Source of the DNA: Nemertoderma westbladi
Taxonomy: Eukaryota; Animalia; Xenacoelomorpha
NCBI GenBank assembly: GCA_032718475.1
Contig: JAUCBJ010008016.1
Location: 29,829-93,828 of the forward strand
Direction: 5' to 3'
DNA: 64,000 bases
Each line of letters opens with the position of its first letter. Position 1 is the stretch's first letter. Below the pieces are notes generated by a model. That model made no database searches. It was not told where the DNA came from and saw nothing but the letters and a program-made list of their open reading frames with translations. A program made the position numbers and the translations under genes. Below, piece by piece: positions 60,801-64,000 of the stretch.

Positions 60801-63800
60801 AGAACAAAGCTACGTTCAAACGATAGTAATCTAAAATAAACAGACAATAGTAGAACAAAGCTACGTTCAAACGATAGTAATCTAAAATAAACAGACAATA
60901 GTAGAACAAAGCTACGTTCAAACGATAGTAATCTAAAATAAACAGACAATAGTAGAACAAAGCTACGTTCAAACGATAGTAATCTAAAATAAACAGACAA
61001 TAGTAGAACAAAGCTACGTTCAAACGATAGTAATCTAAAATAAACAGACAATAGTAGAACAAAGCTACGTTCAAACGATAGTAATCTAAAATAAACAGAC
61101 AATAGTAGAACAAAGCTACGTTCAAACGATAGTAATCTAAAATAAACAGACAATAGTAGAACAAAGCTACGTTCAAACGATAGTAATCTAAAATAAACAG
61201 ACAATAGTAGAACAAAGCTACGTTCAAACGATAGTAATCTAAAATAAACAGACAATAGTAGAACAAAGCTACGTTCAAACGATAGTAATCTAAAATAAAC
61301 AGACAATAGTAGAACAAAGCTACGTTCAAACGATAGTAATCTAAAATAAACAGACAATAGTAGAACAAAGCTACGTTCAAACGATAGTAATCTAAAATAA
61401 ACAGACAATAGTAGAACAAAGCTACGTTCAAACGATAGTAATCTAAAATAAACAGACAATAGTAGAACAAAGCTACGTTCAAACGATAGTAATCTAAAAT
61501 AAACAGACAATAGTAGAACAAAGCTACGTTCAAACGATAGTAATCTAAAATAAACAGACAATAGTAGAACAAAGCTACGTTCAAACGATAGTAATCTAAA
61601 ATAAACAGACAATAGTAGAACAAAGCTACGTTCAAACGATAGTAATCTAAAATAAACAGACAATAGTAGAACAAAGCTACGTTCAAACGATAGTAATCTA
61701 AAATAAACAGACAATAGTAGAACAAAGCTACGTTCAAACGATAGTAATCTAAAATAAACAGACAATAGTAGAACAAAGCTACGTTCAAACGATAGTAATC
61801 TAAAATAAACAGACAATAGTAGAACAAAGCTACGTTCAAACGATAGTAATCTAAAATAAACAGACAATAGTAGAACAAAGCTACGTTCAAACGATAGTAA
61901 TCTAAAATAAACAGACAATAGTAGAACAAAGCTACGTTCAAACGATAGTAATCTAAAATAAACAGACAATAGTAGAACAAAGCTACGTTCAAACGATAGT
62001 AATCTAAAATAAACAGACAATAGTAGAACAAAGCTACGTTCAAACGATAGTAATCTAAAATAAACAGACAATAGTAGAACAAAGCTACGTTCAAACGATA
62101 GTAATCTAAAATAAACAGACAATAGTAGAACAAAGCTACGTTCAAACGATAGTAATCTAAAATAAACAGACAATAGTAGAACAAAGCTACGTTCAAACGA
62201 TAGTAATCTAAAATAAACAGACAATAGTAGAACAAAGCTACGTTCAAACGATAGTAATCTAAAATAAACAGACAATAGTAGAACAAAGCTACGTTCAAAC
62301 GATAGTAATCTAAAATAAACAGACAATAGTAGAACAAAGCTACGTTCAAACGATAGTAATCTAAAATAAACAGACAATAGTAGAACAAAGCTACGTTCAA
62401 ACGATAGTAATCTAAAATAAACAGACAATAGTAGAACAAAGCTACGTTCAAACGATAGTAATCTAAAATAAACAGACAATAGTAGAACAAAGCTACGTTC
62501 AAACGATAGTAATCTAAAATAAACAGACAATAGTAGAACAAAGCTACGTTCAAACGATAGTAATCTAAAATAAACAGACAATAGTAGAACAAAGCTACGT
62601 TCAAACGATAGTAATCTAAAATAAACAGACAATAGTAGAACAAAGCTACGTTCAAACGATAGTAATCTAAAATAAACAGACAATAGTAGAACAAAGCTAC
62701 GTTCAAACGATAGTAATCTAAAATAAACAGACAATAGTAGAACAAAGCTACGTTCAAACGATAGTAATCTAAAATAAACAGACAATAGTAGAACAAAGCT
62801 ACGTTCAAACGATAGTAATCTAAAATAAACAGACAATAGTAGAACAAAGCTACGTTCAAACGATAGTAATCTAAAATAAACAGACAATAGTAGAACAAAG
62901 CTACGTTCAAACGATAGTAATCTAAAATAAACAGACAATAGTAGAACAAAGCTACGTTCAAACGATAGTAATCTAAAATAAACAGACAATAGTAGAACAA
63001 AGCTACGTTCAAACGATAGTAATCTAAAATAAACAGACAATAGTAGAACAAAGCTACGTTCAAACGATAGTAATCTAAAATAAACAGACAATAGTAGAAC
63101 AAAGCTACGTTCAAACGATAGTAATCTAAAATAAACAGACAATAGTAGAACAAAGCTACGTTCAAACGATAGTAATCTAAAATAAACAGACAATAGTAGA
63201 ACAAAGCTACGTTCAAACGATAGTAATCTAAAATAAACAGACAATAGTAGAACAAAGCTACGTTCAAACGATAGTAATCTAAAATAAACAGACAATAGTA
63301 GAACAAAGCTACGTTCAAACGATAGTAATCTAAAATAAACAGACAATAGTAGAACAAAGCTACGTTCAAACGATAGTAATCTAAAATAAACAGACAATAG
63401 TAGAACAAAGCTACGTTCAAACGATAGTAATCTAAAATAAACAGACAATAGTAGAACAAAGCTACGTTCAAACGATAGTAATCTAAAATAAACAGACAAT
63501 AGTAGAACAAAGCTACGTTCAAACGATAGTAATCTAAAATAAACAGACAATAGTAGAACAAAGCTACGTTCAAACGATAGTAATCTAAAATAAACAGACA
63601 ATAGTAGAACAAAGCTACGTTCAAACGATAGTAATCTAAAATAAACAGACAATAGTAGAACAAAGCTACGTTCAAACGATAGTAATCTAAAATAAACAGA
63701 CAATAGTAGAACAAAGCTACGTTCAAACGATAGTAATCTAAAATAAACAGACAATAGTAGAACAAAGCTACGTTCAAACGATAGTAATCTAAAATAAACA

Positions 63801-64000
63801 GACAATAGTAGAACAAAGCTACGTTCAAACGATAGTAATCTAAAATAAACAGACAATAGTAGAACAAAGCTACGTTCAAACGATAGTAATCTAAAATAAA
63901 CAGACAATAGTAGAACAAAGCTACGTTCAAACGATAGTAATCTAAAATAAACAGACAATAGTAGAACAAAGCTACGTTCAAACGATAGTAATCTAAAATA
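54841..64000 (-). repeat. 51-bp tandem array (>=~180 copies, runs off the window) reiterating the TM2-exon splice acceptor and exon start
   Basis: Minus-strand unit actattgtctgtttattttag|attactatcgtttgaacgtagctttgttct. Confidence 0.96.

Noticed and set aside
46117-63981. Giant repetitive ORFs (2539, 2026, 1420, 1332 aa and others) as genuine proteins
   Set aside because: They are by-products of stop-free 45- and 51-bp units open in several frames and on both strands. Only the terminal parts match real GPCR exons.
33259-64000. CRISPR-like arrays
   Set aside because: Units are contiguous with no unique spacers, there are no cas genes, and the context is eukaryotic introns.

Overview
AT-rich animal genomic DNA, probably an invertebrate; the species cannot be determined from sequence. 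(1) 1-13.5 kb: the 3' part of a BEL/Pao LTR retrotransposon. It has an intact RT-RNaseH-integrase ORF and an unexpected 866-aa extra ORF between pol and the 3' LTR. That ORF has a DEDDy 3'-5' exonuclease-like domain and a triple Zn-knuckle region. The 1.6-kb LTR is packed with repeated, covarying RNA hairpins (kink-turn/UUCG units and loop-E/GAAA units). The element sits in the 3' end of an L2/CR1-type LINE, and a 3.5-kb tandem duplication copies the ORF 3' part, the LTR and the flank. (2) 17.7-28.5 kb: a complete minus-strand non-autonomous BEL/Pao element with apparently identical 1181-bp LTRs and an ATTTG target-site duplication. It keeps gag-protease, has lost RT, RNase H and integrase, and carries a decayed homolog of the same extra ORF. 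(3) 29-64 kb: the 3' exons (TM2 to C-tail) of a minus-strand adhesion GPCR gene. Its introns are largely filled by tandem arrays built from the gene's own splice-site sequences, giving hundreds of decoy donors and acceptors. Its C-tail exon chain contains one in-frame TGA followed by about 270 open codons. All domain and structure calls were made by eye, without database searches or folding software.
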